Below, piece after piece: positions 28,591 to 37,475 of a DNA stretch of 64,000 nucleotides. Numbering within the stretch: position 1 is the first letter of the stretch; each line of letters opens with the position of its first letter. The notes below the pieces were generated by a model that ran no database searches, was not told the origin of the DNA, and saw nothing but the letters and a program-made list of their open reading frames with translations. Source of the DNA: a virus (taxonomy: Duplodnaviria > Caudoviricetes); IMG/VR virus record IMGVR_UViG_3300047160_036126, positions 1-64,000 of that record. One strand, 5' to 3'. The position numbers were made by a program, and so were the translations under genes.

Positions 28591-29045
28591 GCTGCCGGCC
28601 TCTGGTCAGAAAGTTGCGGGAGCATCTTAGAATTTATAGCGCGGTCGAGGACAGTCTCGCCGGTTGGCAAAAGCATTTGACCAAGGAACGCGCCCTCGAA
28701 ACTTAGGATGCCACTCTCGATTGCCATCACCTGGCCCTTGATCCAATCGCGCAGGATCGAGTAAACGGCCTTTCCGCCAATGTCCAAGGCACGCTGCTCC
28801 CATTCGGCGCGGGAAGCGCGACGGCGATGACTATAAGGATTTTCTTTCAACCAAGCGGCTGCGTAACCCTTTGCAGAAGCGCGGACGCAGATCGGAATAT
28901 TGCGGAAGGTGAATTGGACGATAAGTTCGCCCTTCTCGAAATCCTGCATATGACCAAAATTCTGGACGCCAAAGCGCTGCAAAATCCTTTGCACCTCGTC
29001 CATTGCTTTCGCGCCGGTAGTGGCATCCTGATACGGCAGGCTCAT
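28587..29045 (-). CDS. Conserved phage hypothetical protein
   Basis: ILRDWIKGQVMAIESGILSFEGAFLGQMLLPTGET. Confidence 0.75.
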   Translation of the reverse strand: MSLPYQDATTGAKAMDEVQRILQRFGVQNFGHMQDFEKGELIVQFTFRNIPICVRASAKGYAAAWLKENPYSHRRRASRAEWEQRALDIGGKAVYSILRDWIKGQVMAIESGILSFEGAFLGQMLLPTGETVLDRAINSKMLPQLSDQRPAA

Positions 29046-29179
29046 GCGCGCCTCTCTGCTGTGCGCTGTGGCTTGGTTCGCGAATTGTATGAGATCGGAA
29101 GATCAAGAATCTTTCGCTCTACAATCACGGACATGCTTAAGCCTGTCTCCTTGCGGATATGCTTAAGCCTAGGCAGAAC

Positions 29180-29478
29180 TTTCTCTGATAAAAAGAATGT
29201 GTGATTTTTCTTCATTGAGAGATTGTATGAATAATAATTATTCAGTTGTCAATAAGCGGGTTCCTTGTTTGACGCGCCGCAGGCAAGTCAATAAAGGAGA
29301 CGTTCCTCGTCTCGACGAGATTACGTGACCACGCAAAGCGGCGTGGTCAAACCCTGCAACCGCGGAGCGGCGCGCAGCCATGGGCGAGCGGGGTTGACCG
29401 CAATAGCCGTGCCGCGTGGTATTGAGCAATAATGTTTCGTTCCGTTGCCGATATAAATAAGCGATTATTATTTAAGCG
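29180..29478. promoter_or_regulatory. Divergent control region with operator-like palindromes
   Basis: TGAATAA-TAA-TTATTCA (29228-29244), TTGAC-N13-GTCAA, TTGACA on minus strand; AT-rich. Confidence 0.55.
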
Positions 29479-30048
29479 TTGGACATGCTATATTTGGTCG
29501 CAGACAGGGCCGATTCTCGGTTTTGTCTATTCACCGCAAGGTGGGCGGGTTTGGGTGTTGCAACGCCTCGATCCTGCTCCTCGAAAGGGGATCGGCCCGC
29601 TACCTTCGCATCTTTCGAGGTCTCTCCTTTGGCTTTGTATTCAAAACGATTGCAAAAAAAATGGCCCCATTTGAGGTTCTGGGAAGAGATGTACGCGCTT
29701 GGGTGGCGAACGGAAGTTGGTTATGGACCAGCTATATATCAAGAGGACATACCGTCGGCCGCGGGGGTTTATCTTTTTGGATTAATCGACATATCTTTCG
29801 GTAAACGGCTTAAGCCGGTTCGGGTGGCATACGTAGGAAAGTCGCGTAACTTGGCGCGCCGCCATATTGACCATCCAATGCTCAGGTTTATTAGGCGAGA
29901 TGTCGGCCTGTGGTGGTCCATAGACCTGTGGTTTAAGAGACTGGATGAGGGAGAAATTACTTCGGAAGAGATTCGGCTGATCCAGGCATTCAATCCGCCT
30001 TATAACATACAACACAGACTGCGCGGATTTCATGGACAGGCTATTTAG
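29479..30048 (+). CDS. GIY-YIG domain protein (start uncertain)
   Basis: GVYLF...YVGKSRNLARRH...EIRLIQAFNPPYN. Confidence 0.8.
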   Translation: MDMLYLVADRADSRFCLFTARWAGLGVATPRSCSSKGDRPATFASFEVSPLALYSKRLQKKWPHLRFWEEMYALGWRTEVGYGPAIYQEDIPSAAGVYLFGLIDISFGKRLKPVRVAYVGKSRNLARRHIDHPMLRFIRRDVGLWWSIDLWFKRLDEGEITSEEIRLIQAFNPPYNIQHRLRGFHGQAI

Positions 30049-30700
30049 GATTGATTTCTATCCGCAGGATTGGCTCGTCAAAACTGGGGGTCTCACGCCC
30101 GAACAGTGTGGTGTTTACATTCAGGTCGTTTCGCTGATTTATGCTTCGCGTGGTCCTGTTGAATTTGATCCCGCTCGTATATCGAGACTCGTCCAGGGCT
30201 GTACGGTGCGAAGGGCAAAACGAGTGTTAGATGAGTTAATTGCTTTAAAAAAGTTACATGTGTTTGAGGGATTTTTGAGCAATAATCGGTGCGAAATTGA
30301 GTTGAAAGTAAAGAAAAACCAATTGGAATCTAACCGAAAAGGTGGGGAAAATTCGGCAAAAAAGAGGTGGGGTGCTAATGAAAACAGAGGCATAGTTGTA
30401 AGTCACTTAGAAAGTGACTTAATAACCCCGTCCCCGTCCCCGTCCCCGTCCCCGTCCCCGAAAGAATACTTCTTTGAAGGTAAAATAATAAAGTTGACGG
30501 AAAAGGATTTTAATCAATGGCGATCGTCTTACCCGAACATTCGAGATTTGCGGGCTACGCTGCAGCGGCTTGACGATGGTGCCGCGCGGAAATGGGGAAA
30601 GGGTTGGTGGCATCCGTGTTCTTCGACTTTGGCCAAAATTAACGCGGAAGAGAAAACAACAGCACGGGCGCCGCTGCACCCAGGGGCGATTACGATATGA
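30032..30700 (+). CDS. Replication initiator, YdaU/DUF1376 family
   Basis: IDFYPQDWL..T..LTPEQCGVY; Pro-Ser linker. Confidence 0.85.
   Translation: MDRLFRIDFYPQDWLVKTGGLTPEQCGVYIQVVSLIYASRGPVEFDPARISRLVQGCTVRRAKRVLDELIALKKLHVFEGFLSNNRCEIELKVKKNQLESNRKGGENSAKKRWGANENRGIVVSHLESDLITPSPSPSPSPSPKEYFFEGKIIKLTEKDFNQWRSSYPNIRDLRATLQRLDDGAARKWGKGWWHPCSSTLAKINAEEKTTARAPLHPGAITI
30426..30460 (+). repeat. (CCCCGT)n hexamer tandem repeat encoding a Pro-Ser linker
   Basis: About 6 copies, in frame. Confidence 0.8.
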
Positions 30701-31995
30701 AGGAAACGGATTCTTTGCCGGTTAATCACGATGTAGAGGTCGGCCTAATAGCCTGCGCAATGCTGGGGCCGAAGCTTTGGCACGAAATGGCATTCGTGGC
30801 ACCAGATGATTTCGTCGATCCGTTCAATGGAAAACTTTGGGCGTTGATACGGGCGGCATATGAGCGGGGGGAAAGCCCCCAGGTGCAGGCGATAGGGGAT
30901 GCGGCCGGCGGCACGACGGATGAACGTAAGCAGATTACGGATTGGCTTGTGAGTTGGATGTCTAGGACGATCACGGTTTTGTCGGGTGTCGATTATGCGA
31001 AGATGGTTCATGATTATGCGGAGCGCCGAAAAATTATCGACTTGGCGAACAGGATTCAATTTGAGGCGGCCGATGTGTCGGGCGCGCGGATTGCGGCGGA
31101 TATCGCCGCCAAGGCCGTCAGCGAATTGACGAACATCGTTTGCCGTAAGCGCGAGACGTTGAGTGCATTTGAGGTGGGTATGCAGGTGGTAAATAATCTC
31201 GCAAAACCGATGGACTTTTGTTCTACGAAATTCCCGCGGCTTGACGGTGCGCTTGGCGGCGGATTATTTCAAAACAAATTTTACGGCATCGGCGCCCGGA
31301 TGAAATCCGGCAAAAGTCTCCTCATGTCGACGCTTGCTTACAACATGACGGTTATGGGGACCAGCCGGGTTTTATATCTGTGCCTGGAAATGGGATATGA
31401 GGAAACGTTTCAGCGCCTTCTGGCGCGAAAGATGGGTTTTAATGCATCGGAATTTCTCGATCCGATTAAGCGGCTCGACAAGGGGTTCCGAGAGAACGCT
31501 CGCACAGCGGCCGCGACATTCAAGGATTGCGGGTTATTTTTCAAAGCGAGGCCACGGATCGATATTGACGATTTGAAATCGATCATCGCGCAGGAAGGTC
31601 TGCGGGGTCATGTGGACGGGATAATCATCGATTATTTGCAACTCGTTACTGGAAAAACAAAGTCGCAAACACTGGCTGACCATTACGATCATGTGGCGCA
31701 GACAATGGCCGAAGCCGTGAAGCGGTATCCGATTTGGATTCTGACTGCGGCGCAGCTTAATCAAGAGGGCAATATCCGCGGTGGTGAAGGCTTATTGAAC
31801 GCGTGCGATATGACTTTCGCCCTGCACAAAAAGGAATTTGCACCGGATTGGCAGGGGACGAGGGTTTGTGATGAAGCGTGGCTCGAAATGATGGCGAGCC
31901 GGTACACACAATACCGAAATATCGGTTCCGAGCAAAGTGCCGGTTACAGGATTGAAACACAGATTGGGCCGATGTTCTGCGAGCAACAGCTATGA
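30697..31995 (+). CDS. dnaB: DnaB-like replicative helicase
   Basis: Walker A GARMKSGKS, CLEMG, IIIDYLQL, AAQLN. Confidence 0.93.
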   Translation: MKETDSLPVNHDVEVGLIACAMLGPKLWHEMAFVAPDDFVDPFNGKLWALIRAAYERGESPQVQAIGDAAGGTTDERKQITDWLVSWMSRTITVLSGVDYAKMVHDYAERRKIIDLANRIQFEAADVSGARIAADIAAKAVSELTNIVCRKRETLSAFEVGMQVVNNLAKPMDFCSTKFPRLDGALGGGLFQNKFYGIGARMKSGKSLLMSTLAYNMTVMGTSRVLYLCLEMGYEETFQRLLARKMGFNASEFLDPIKRLDKGFRENARTAAATFKDCGLFFKARPRIDIDDLKSIIAQEGLRGHVDGIIIDYLQLVTGKTKSQTLADHYDHVAQTMAEAVKRYPIWILTAAQLNQEGNIRGGEGLLNACDMTFALHKKEFAPDWQGTRVCDEAWLEMMASRYTQYRNIGSEQSAGYRIETQIGPMFCEQQL

Positions 31996-32181
31996 AAATC
32001 CCGATCCGTGGGTGGCGGCGGAAGCGCGGGACAGGTTCGAGATGTTGCTGGTGGTCTGAGGGAATTTCGGTTGAATATGCGTGATCGGTTCGCATGCGGA
32101 ACGATTGGAGATCACCCTATAAAGCCTTTGACATTAAAGATTTTTCGACTTAATCAATAATTGTTCGAGTCGCATTGAACA

Positions 32182-32212
32182 GCGGCCCGGTTCGCGATAG
32201 CAGCCGGGCCGC
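32182..32212 (+). terminator. GC-rich hairpin after the replication module
   Basis: GCGGCCCGG...CCGGGCCGC; lacks a U-tract. Confidence 0.35.
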
Positions 32213-32230
32213 ATTCCATTGAGGCCGCTC

Positions 32231-32662
32231 GTGCCGAAAAAGAAAAAACCTCAGCCGCAAAAATCAGAAACGGGATTGGAAGTCAGCATTTGCTTGGCAC
32301 TGGCGGTAATTTTTATTGCCGCGTTGCTTGTGCGGGGATGGATGGAAATCAACACGGTTGCTCAGCTTCGCGATGACAACAAGGTTCTGACCGCTGCGAA
32401 CCATCAATTGTGGGACGAAGTGGATAAGCTGAAAGCGGAGAAGGTTGAAACGTTGCCGGCCGCGGGTCCACAGCATATTTTTCTGCATGATGACCCGCCG
32501 AAAGAGCGTTCGGCTGATAGCCTAAATCTGGCTGAAGCCGTGCGCCACGGCGACCACAGGCGCGACAACATCGAAACGGATAAAGCCGCGGTTCACGCGG
32601 AGGAGGCACGCACGCCGGACGACGCCGGAGAGGAAGGCCAATGCCCGGTGTGCTCGAAATAA
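32231..32662 (+). CDS. Membrane-anchored coiled-coil protein
   Basis: Basic N-terminus, one TM, heptads. Confidence 0.6.
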   Translation: MPKKKKPQPQKSETGLEVSICLALAVIFIAALLVRGWMEINTVAQLRDDNKVLTAANHQLWDEVDKLKAEKVETLPAAGPQHIFLHDDPPKERSADSLNLAEAVRHGDHRRDNIETDKAAVHAEEARTPDDAGEEGQCPVCSK

Positions 32663-32841
32663 CCCGTTTCACTCCGCGCCGGAAGGCCGAGCTGGTTCAT
32701 GCAATCGCGACCGGCGCGGTTAGCGATTACGAGGTGATGCAGCGGTATTCGATGTCTCCGCAGGAACTGCTCGATCTCAAGCGTCTCGCACCGCAAGGGC
32801 GAAAGGCGCTGCGCGTGACGAAGCGAACGGTTTCCGCATGA
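32641..32841 (+). CDS. sciP: SciP-like (DUF1153) CtrA-inhibitor homologue
   Basis: RFTPRRKAELVHAIATGAVS...RYSMSPQEL...ALRVT. Confidence 0.8.
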   Translation: MPGVLEITRFTPRRKAELVHAIATGAVSDYEVMQRYSMSPQELLDLKRLAPQGRKALRVTKRTVSA

Positions 32842-33287
32842 TGAATTTAACCCCAGAGCAACTGCAAGAAATGTACGTCGGCCAAAACAAGTCGATGAAC
32901 GAGATCGCGCGGATAAGCGGCATGCCCAAGGGCACAATCGTGAGTCGGTTGCGCAGGTTGCGGCTGAGGGGGTTGATCGGGTTCAAAGCTCGCGGGCCGG
33001 CGAAAGTATTACACAGGCCGCGAAAACCTGTTGCCGATAAGCCGAAACCAGTGCCCGTAGTGGTACAGCCCAAAATTGAGATGCCCATTCCAGTGGCGCC
33101 GGTGAGCCTCCTGAAGGTCAACGACAGGCTTTGCCGGTATCCGCTGGATTATAAGATCGACGGGTTTTCGGCATGCTGTGGCGGGGAGGTGGTGGCGGGG
33201 ACGCCCTATTGCGCGGATCATGCTGGTATTTGCTTTATTGTGAAGCCGCGGGTGCCGCCGCGAGGTCATCGGGCGATCGGGGAGTGA
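32838..33287 (+). CDS. gcrA: GcrA cell-cycle regulator homologue
   Basis: N-terminal HTH (SMNEIARISG..KGTIVSRLRRL); C-terminal VSLL..CRYP..CCG...GTPYCADH. Confidence 0.85.
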   Translation: MMNLTPEQLQEMYVGQNKSMNEIARISGMPKGTIVSRLRRLRLRGLIGFKARGPAKVLHRPRKPVADKPKPVPVVVQPKIEMPIPVAPVSLLKVNDRLCRYPLDYKIDGFSACCGGEVVAGTPYCADHAGICFIVKPRVPPRGHRAIGE

Positions 33288-33463
33288 GTTATACGCCGTC
33301 TTTCGAAATCTGGTATGATCGCAGTCTGTGTATTTCTTACCGATTTCGGATTTTCCGCGATGGCTTCTGTAGCATAAGATTTGTAACGGCCAAGGAAGCG
33401 CGGTTTTTTCTCAGGTATTGGTACGGGGTCACGGGTGCTCCAGAATTCGGCTTTCCGTCTTAA
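33284..33463 (+). CDS. Small hypothetical protein
   Basis: GTG overlaps gcrA stop. Confidence 0.35.
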   Translation: MSYTPSFEIWYDRSLCISYRFRIFRDGFCSIRFVTAKEARFFLRYWYGVTGAPEFGFPS

Positions 33464-33514
33464 AATATTGTTGCGCGCGCTGGACATTTGCAGCAATACT
33501 CGCAGTAATTAGGC

Positions 33515-34159
33515 ATGCGCGCGGCTACACCTTTGGTAAAACAAACGGAATTACCGGCTTTTCTGGTCGAGCGGCGTGCGGTCGCGCGCAAAAAGGAGCG
33601 CAAGATTTCGGCGCCGCGTCCTATCGGCGACGTCGGCACCGCGGAAATGAAACGACAGCAAAAGGTGACGCTGGAAGTGCGTGAACGGTCATCGACCGGG
33701 CATGCGACGATGATGGGCGCGCGTGTGGAATCGCAGTTTCCGATTGATCGGTATAAGGCGCGCAAAGAGCTCGATCCGGCGAATGCCTGGAGGAATTTGA
33801 TGCTGTGGCAGGCGGCTGAGCGGCTGCGCGAGGATTTCCAGGCTTCAGGCCTAGCGCCGAAATTGTGCGGAAGTTTCGAGCCGCGGGTGACGGGCGGACG
33901 TCAGACGTTCGAGGCGGATCATCAGGTCGACGCTCTCAGGCGCTACAAGAAAGCGATGGATGCTGTGGCGGTGACGCTGCGGTCTGTGGTGTTCTATGTG
34001 TGCATCGCTGGTGAGGCTGCGAACGAGTGGGCGCGGCGGAACGGAGAAATACCGCAAGCGGGCCTGCCGATATTGCGCTTGGGCCTCGCGGAGCTTGCGC
34101 ACCACTACGGTTATGCGAAAATTCCAGTGACAGACAAGACGTCGCTCGCTGGAGAATAA
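33515..34159 (+). CDS. DUF6456 domain protein, putative late-gene activator/antiterminator
   Basis: AAERLREDF...VCIAGE...LRLGLAELAHHYG; occupies the Q-like position. Confidence 0.7.
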   Translation: MRAATPLVKQTELPAFLVERRAVARKKERKISAPRPIGDVGTAEMKRQQKVTLEVRERSSTGHATMMGARVESQFPIDRYKARKELDPANAWRNLMLWQAAERLREDFQASGLAPKLCGSFEPRVTGGRQTFEADHQVDALRRYKKAMDAVAVTLRSVVFYVCIAGEAANEWARRNGEIPQAGLPILRLGLAELAHHYGYAKIPVTDKTSLAGE

Positions 34160-34164
34160 TCGGT

Positions 34165-34767
34165 GTGAGTGTCTCACCAAGGCTCAGGAGATTGCCGTCG
34201 CCCTACGAGGTGGCATCGATGCTGTTCTCGGGCGCTGCACTCGCAGTTAGCATTTTTAGCTGCAGCATCAGCAAGGATAGTTACTCTGTGAGCAGGGAGG
34301 CGGAAGATGCTCAGAAAGAGAACGTCCTCATTGTGTGCGTAAATGCTCTGCCTTATCCAAAATTTATAAGCACAACAATTCGTAACACACTGGATTCCCT
34401 TAAGGCGGGGTGGACCGCTCGAATTACGAATAATAGCCGGAGTGCAGTTAATATCGGGTCGTTGTTTGTTGATATCACTAAGACGAAGCCGGATTCTCCC
34501 GGATCTCGTACGAACGTATCGGTGAGTTATTCAGCGGATAAATATGGTGCTCAATATTCGCTCAACGACGCAGCGATTTACATAGAACCAGAAAAAAGTA
34601 TTACGGTTGGCTTCGATGAGGCTATTAGCGTATCGCCTAGTGAGGTAGAAGGTTATGATTCGCCGATGGCCGGAGACCCTCTAGAGCCGTTAGCATTGGC
34701 AGTAATCACGCTTACGGCTGAGACTAGCCGGGGCAAACGTTTCTCGGCGCGTTGTGGAACTTACTGA
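34165..34767 (+). CDS. Membrane-anchored moron protein
   Basis: N-terminal TM, lower GC; start may be 34219. Confidence 0.6.
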   Translation: MSVSPRLRRLPSPYEVASMLFSGAALAVSIFSCSISKDSYSVSREAEDAQKENVLIVCVNALPYPKFISTTIRNTLDSLKAGWTARITNNSRSAVNIGSLFVDITKTKPDSPGSRTNVSVSYSADKYGAQYSLNDAAIYIEPEKSITVGFDEAISVSPSEVEGYDSPMAGDPLEPLALAVITLTAETSRGKRFSARCGTY

Positions 34768-34786
34768 GGCTTTTCGTGGATTCATA

Positions 34787-34816
34787 TTGACGCAGCATCA
34801 TCCTGAATGATATAAA
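34787..34816 (+). promoter_or_regulatory. Putative late promoter (pR'-like)
   Basis: TTGACG-N18-TATAAA with extended -10 TGn. Confidence 0.6.
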
Positions 34817-34847
34817 TATCGCATGCTGAATTAGTGTCAGCGAAATT

Positions 34848-34879
34848 CGCCGCCACCTTTTGGGTTGCGGCGTTTTTTG
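34848..34879 (+). terminator. Intrinsic terminator (tR'-like)
   Basis: CGCCGCCACC-TTTTG-GGTTGCGGCG-TTTTTT. Confidence 0.75.
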
Positions 34880-34998
34880 TGCGTTTTCATTGGGCCGTAG
34901 CCGGATAGTCGGTGAACCCCGGCATTCAGCGGTGTTCTTAACCTGGGATGCTGAGCTGATGGGCAGGCTGGGAAGACAGCCAGAACAGCCGAGGTAGA

Positions 34999-35172
34999 AT
35001 GTCGATCAATATCAAGAAATCGCATCGTGGGAGGCTGCATAAAGCATTGGGTGTTCCGTTGGGCAAGAAATTGACAATGGCCGAAATTCAGAGAGCGGAG
35101 CATAGCAGAAGCGCGAGCGTTCGACGCGAGGCGAATTTTGCCGCTGCAGCAAGGCATTGGAAACACAAGTAA
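34999..35172 (+). CDS. Small basic phage protein (57 aa; absent from ORF track)
   Basis: MSINIKKSHRGRLHKALGVPLGKKL...ANFAAAARHWKHK; RBS GAGG. Confidence 0.7.
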   Translation: MSINIKKSHRGRLHKALGVPLGKKLTMAEIQRAEHSRSASVRREANFAAAARHWKHK

Positions 35173-35190
35173 CTTTGATTCAGTTCGATC

Positions 35191-35496
35191 ATGCCATTTG
35201 AAAAAGGAAAATCAGGTAATCCGGGTGGCCGCAATAAGGAACATGAGCGGCTGAAAAAGCTCGCGCTGAGCTATTGTCCGGCTGCGATCAAGAGATTGGG
35301 CGAGTTGATCGCATCGAAGGATGCGCGCACAGCCGTTGCAGCGTCGAGCGCGATTTTGGATCGCGGTCTTGGCAAACCAGCGCAGGCGTTGGAGCACAGC
35401 GGTATGATCGCGACGACGCACGAAGAATATTTAAAACAGCTTGATGCAGGGAATGACGCCGACGGAGAAGGAGATCCGGCTTCGGTTGCGGGATGA
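35191..35496 (+). CDS. Terminase small subunit (DUF5681-like)
   Basis: PFEKGKSGNPGGR...ILDRGLGKPAQ. Confidence 0.82.
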   Translation: MPFEKGKSGNPGGRNKEHERLKKLALSYCPAAIKRLGELIASKDARTAVAASSAILDRGLGKPAQALEHSGMIATTHEEYLKQLDAGNDADGEGDPASVAG

Positions 35497-36883
35497 TTTC
35501 GAATATTACGCCCCGAGATGCCTGAAAATACGGACGAAGAGCGGTGCAATCGAACCGCTTAGGTTAAACGGCGCCCAGAATTTCTTTCACGATAAACTTG
35601 AAGACCAGAAGCACCGGACCGGGAAGGTTCGCGCCCTGGCGCTGAAAGGGCGACAACAGGGCGTATCGACTTACACCGAAGGGCGGTTTTTCCATCGGGT
35701 TACAAACCGGCGGGGGACACGGGCATTCATCCTCACGCACATGGATGACGCCACCAATAACATCTTCGGGATGGCGAAGCGGTTTTACGACTATTGCCCG
35801 GCGGTAGTAAGGCCGATGCTGGCGGCTTCAAACGCCAAGGAGCTGGTCTTTAATCGCCTGGACAGCGGCTACAAGGTCGGGACTGCGGGCAGCAAGGGAA
35901 CAGGCCGCGGCGAGACGCTGCAACTGTTCCACGGGTCTGAGGTGGCCTACTGGCCCAATGCTGATACGCATGTCGCCGGTGCGCTGCAGGCGGTACCGGA
36001 CGAGCCCGGCACTGAGATCATATTAGAAAGCACGTCGGCGGGGCGCCAAGGCCTGTTTTACGAGATGTGCGTGGCCGCAATGCGGGGAGAGGGTGAGTAC
36101 ATCCTCGTCTTCATGCCGTGGTTCTGGCAGCGAGAATATCGGAAACCGGTCGGAGTGAATTTCGAGCTCACGCGTGACGAAGCGGCGTATCAAGAGGCTT
36201 ACAAGCTCGATCTCGATCAAATCGCCTGGCGCAGGGCGAAGATCACGGAATTGAATGGCGTCCACAATTTCAGGCGGGAATATCCCGCGACGCCGGAAGA
36301 GGCCTTTGAGGCGGAAGTGCCGGGGGCGCTGTGGAAACGGGAGCAAATCGACAAGTTGCGGGTAGCGAAAGCGCCCGACCTTAAGCGTGTCGTCGTAGCG
36401 CTGGATCCTTCAGGGGGGGATAAATCGCGCAATGATGAAGTGGGGTTGGTCGGCGCCGGAGCTGATGGACAGAAGCACGGGTATGTGCTGGCCGATGAAT
36501 CAGGCCGCTACAGCCCGGATGCATGGGGCCGAAAGGCGGTTGCGCTTTATCACCTGCTGAAGGCCGATCGGATCGTCGCCGAAGCGAATTTCGGCGGCCA
36601 GATGGTCGAGCACGTCATTCGTACGATCGACCCGAACGTTCCGGTGAAGCTGGTGCACGCCTCGCGCGGCAAGCAGGCGCGCGCGGAGCCGGTAGCTGCG
36701 CTTTACGAGCAGGACCGCATGCACCATGCGGGCATGTTCATCGGGCTCGAAGACGAAATGGTCACCTGGGTCCCCCTGACGTCGACAGACAGTCCGAACC
36801 GGGTCGATGCGCTAGTCTGGGCTGCAACGGAGCTTTTAATAGACGGGCCGGGCACTGCGAACGTGGCGCCGCTGAGGCTGTAA
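35441..36883 (+). CDS. Terminase large subunit
   Basis: LKGRQQGVST, FHGSEVAYW, VALDPS, VAEANFGG, NRVDAL. Confidence 0.95.
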   Translation: MMQGMTPTEKEIRLRLRDDFEYYAPRCLKIRTKSGAIEPLRLNGAQNFFHDKLEDQKHRTGKVRALALKGRQQGVSTYTEGRFFHRVTNRRGTRAFILTHMDDATNNIFGMAKRFYDYCPAVVRPMLAASNAKELVFNRLDSGYKVGTAGSKGTGRGETLQLFHGSEVAYWPNADTHVAGALQAVPDEPGTEIILESTSAGRQGLFYEMCVAAMRGEGEYILVFMPWFWQREYRKPVGVNFELTRDEAAYQEAYKLDLDQIAWRRAKITELNGVHNFRREYPATPEEAFEAEVPGALWKREQIDKLRVAKAPDLKRVVVALDPSGGDKSRNDEVGLVGAGADGQKHGYVLADESGRYSPDAWGRKAVALYHLLKADRIVAEANFGGQMVEHVIRTIDPNVPVKLVHASRGKQARAEPVAALYEQDRMHHAGMFIGLEDEMVTWVPLTSTDSPNRVDALVWAATELLIDGPGTANVAPLRL

Positions 36884-36920
36884 CGACAATGCAAAATAAC
36901 TGGACAGGGAGAAATGCAAC

Positions 36921-37472
36921 ATGACCGCTACGGAGAGTGAATTTTTTGGCAACGGCACCGCATCCTTTGGATTGGAGGGTAATCTCACAGCCCAAGCCAG
37001 TGCTGGCGTAAACCCGGCCGCGACTGGTGCGGATAAAGTTTTGGCGGTTTACTCGTTGCCGGCAAATTCGCTGGACCAGGCAGGGCGGGCGGTCGCGATA
37101 AGCGCGTCGGGGTCGTACGGTTCAAACACCAACACGAAAGAAGTGAAAATTATTGTCGGTGCAGCGGCGGCCGTTGTTGGATCGACTATCGGTTCGGGCG
37201 GCACAACCATTGCCGACAGTGGCGCCGTTACGACCAATGGGACAGGCTGGCAGCTCAGCGCCAACATCTTGAAATACGGCGCCGCTGGCTCCAACACGCA
37301 GATCGGTTCGCATACTGGCGCACAGAATGGCAGTGCTGGCGGCGCTTTGTTGGCGCCCTCGGCGTTGACGTTGGCCGAGAATCTCCCGATTCTTATTGCG
37401 GTCGTCGGTAATGCGACGACGGCAACAACGGATATCGCGCTCAATGCGTTCACGGTGAAGGCCGCGAATTAA
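36921..37472 (+). CDS. Ala/Gly/Thr-rich putative structural protein
   Basis: Beta-rich composition; RBS AGGGAGA. Confidence 0.6.
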   Translation: MTATESEFFGNGTASFGLEGNLTAQASAGVNPAATGADKVLAVYSLPANSLDQAGRAVAISASGSYGSNTNTKEVKIIVGAAAAVVGSTIGSGGTTIADSGAVTTNGTGWQLSANILKYGAAGSNTQIGSHTGAQNGSAGGALLAPSALTLAENLPILIAVVGNATTATTDIALNAFTVKAAN

Positions 37473-37475
37473 CGA

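Noticed and set aside
30426-30460. Hexamer repeat as phase-variation switch or origin iterons
   Set aside because: In-frame 6-mer encoding the Pro-Ser linker common in phage initiators; copy change would not shift frame
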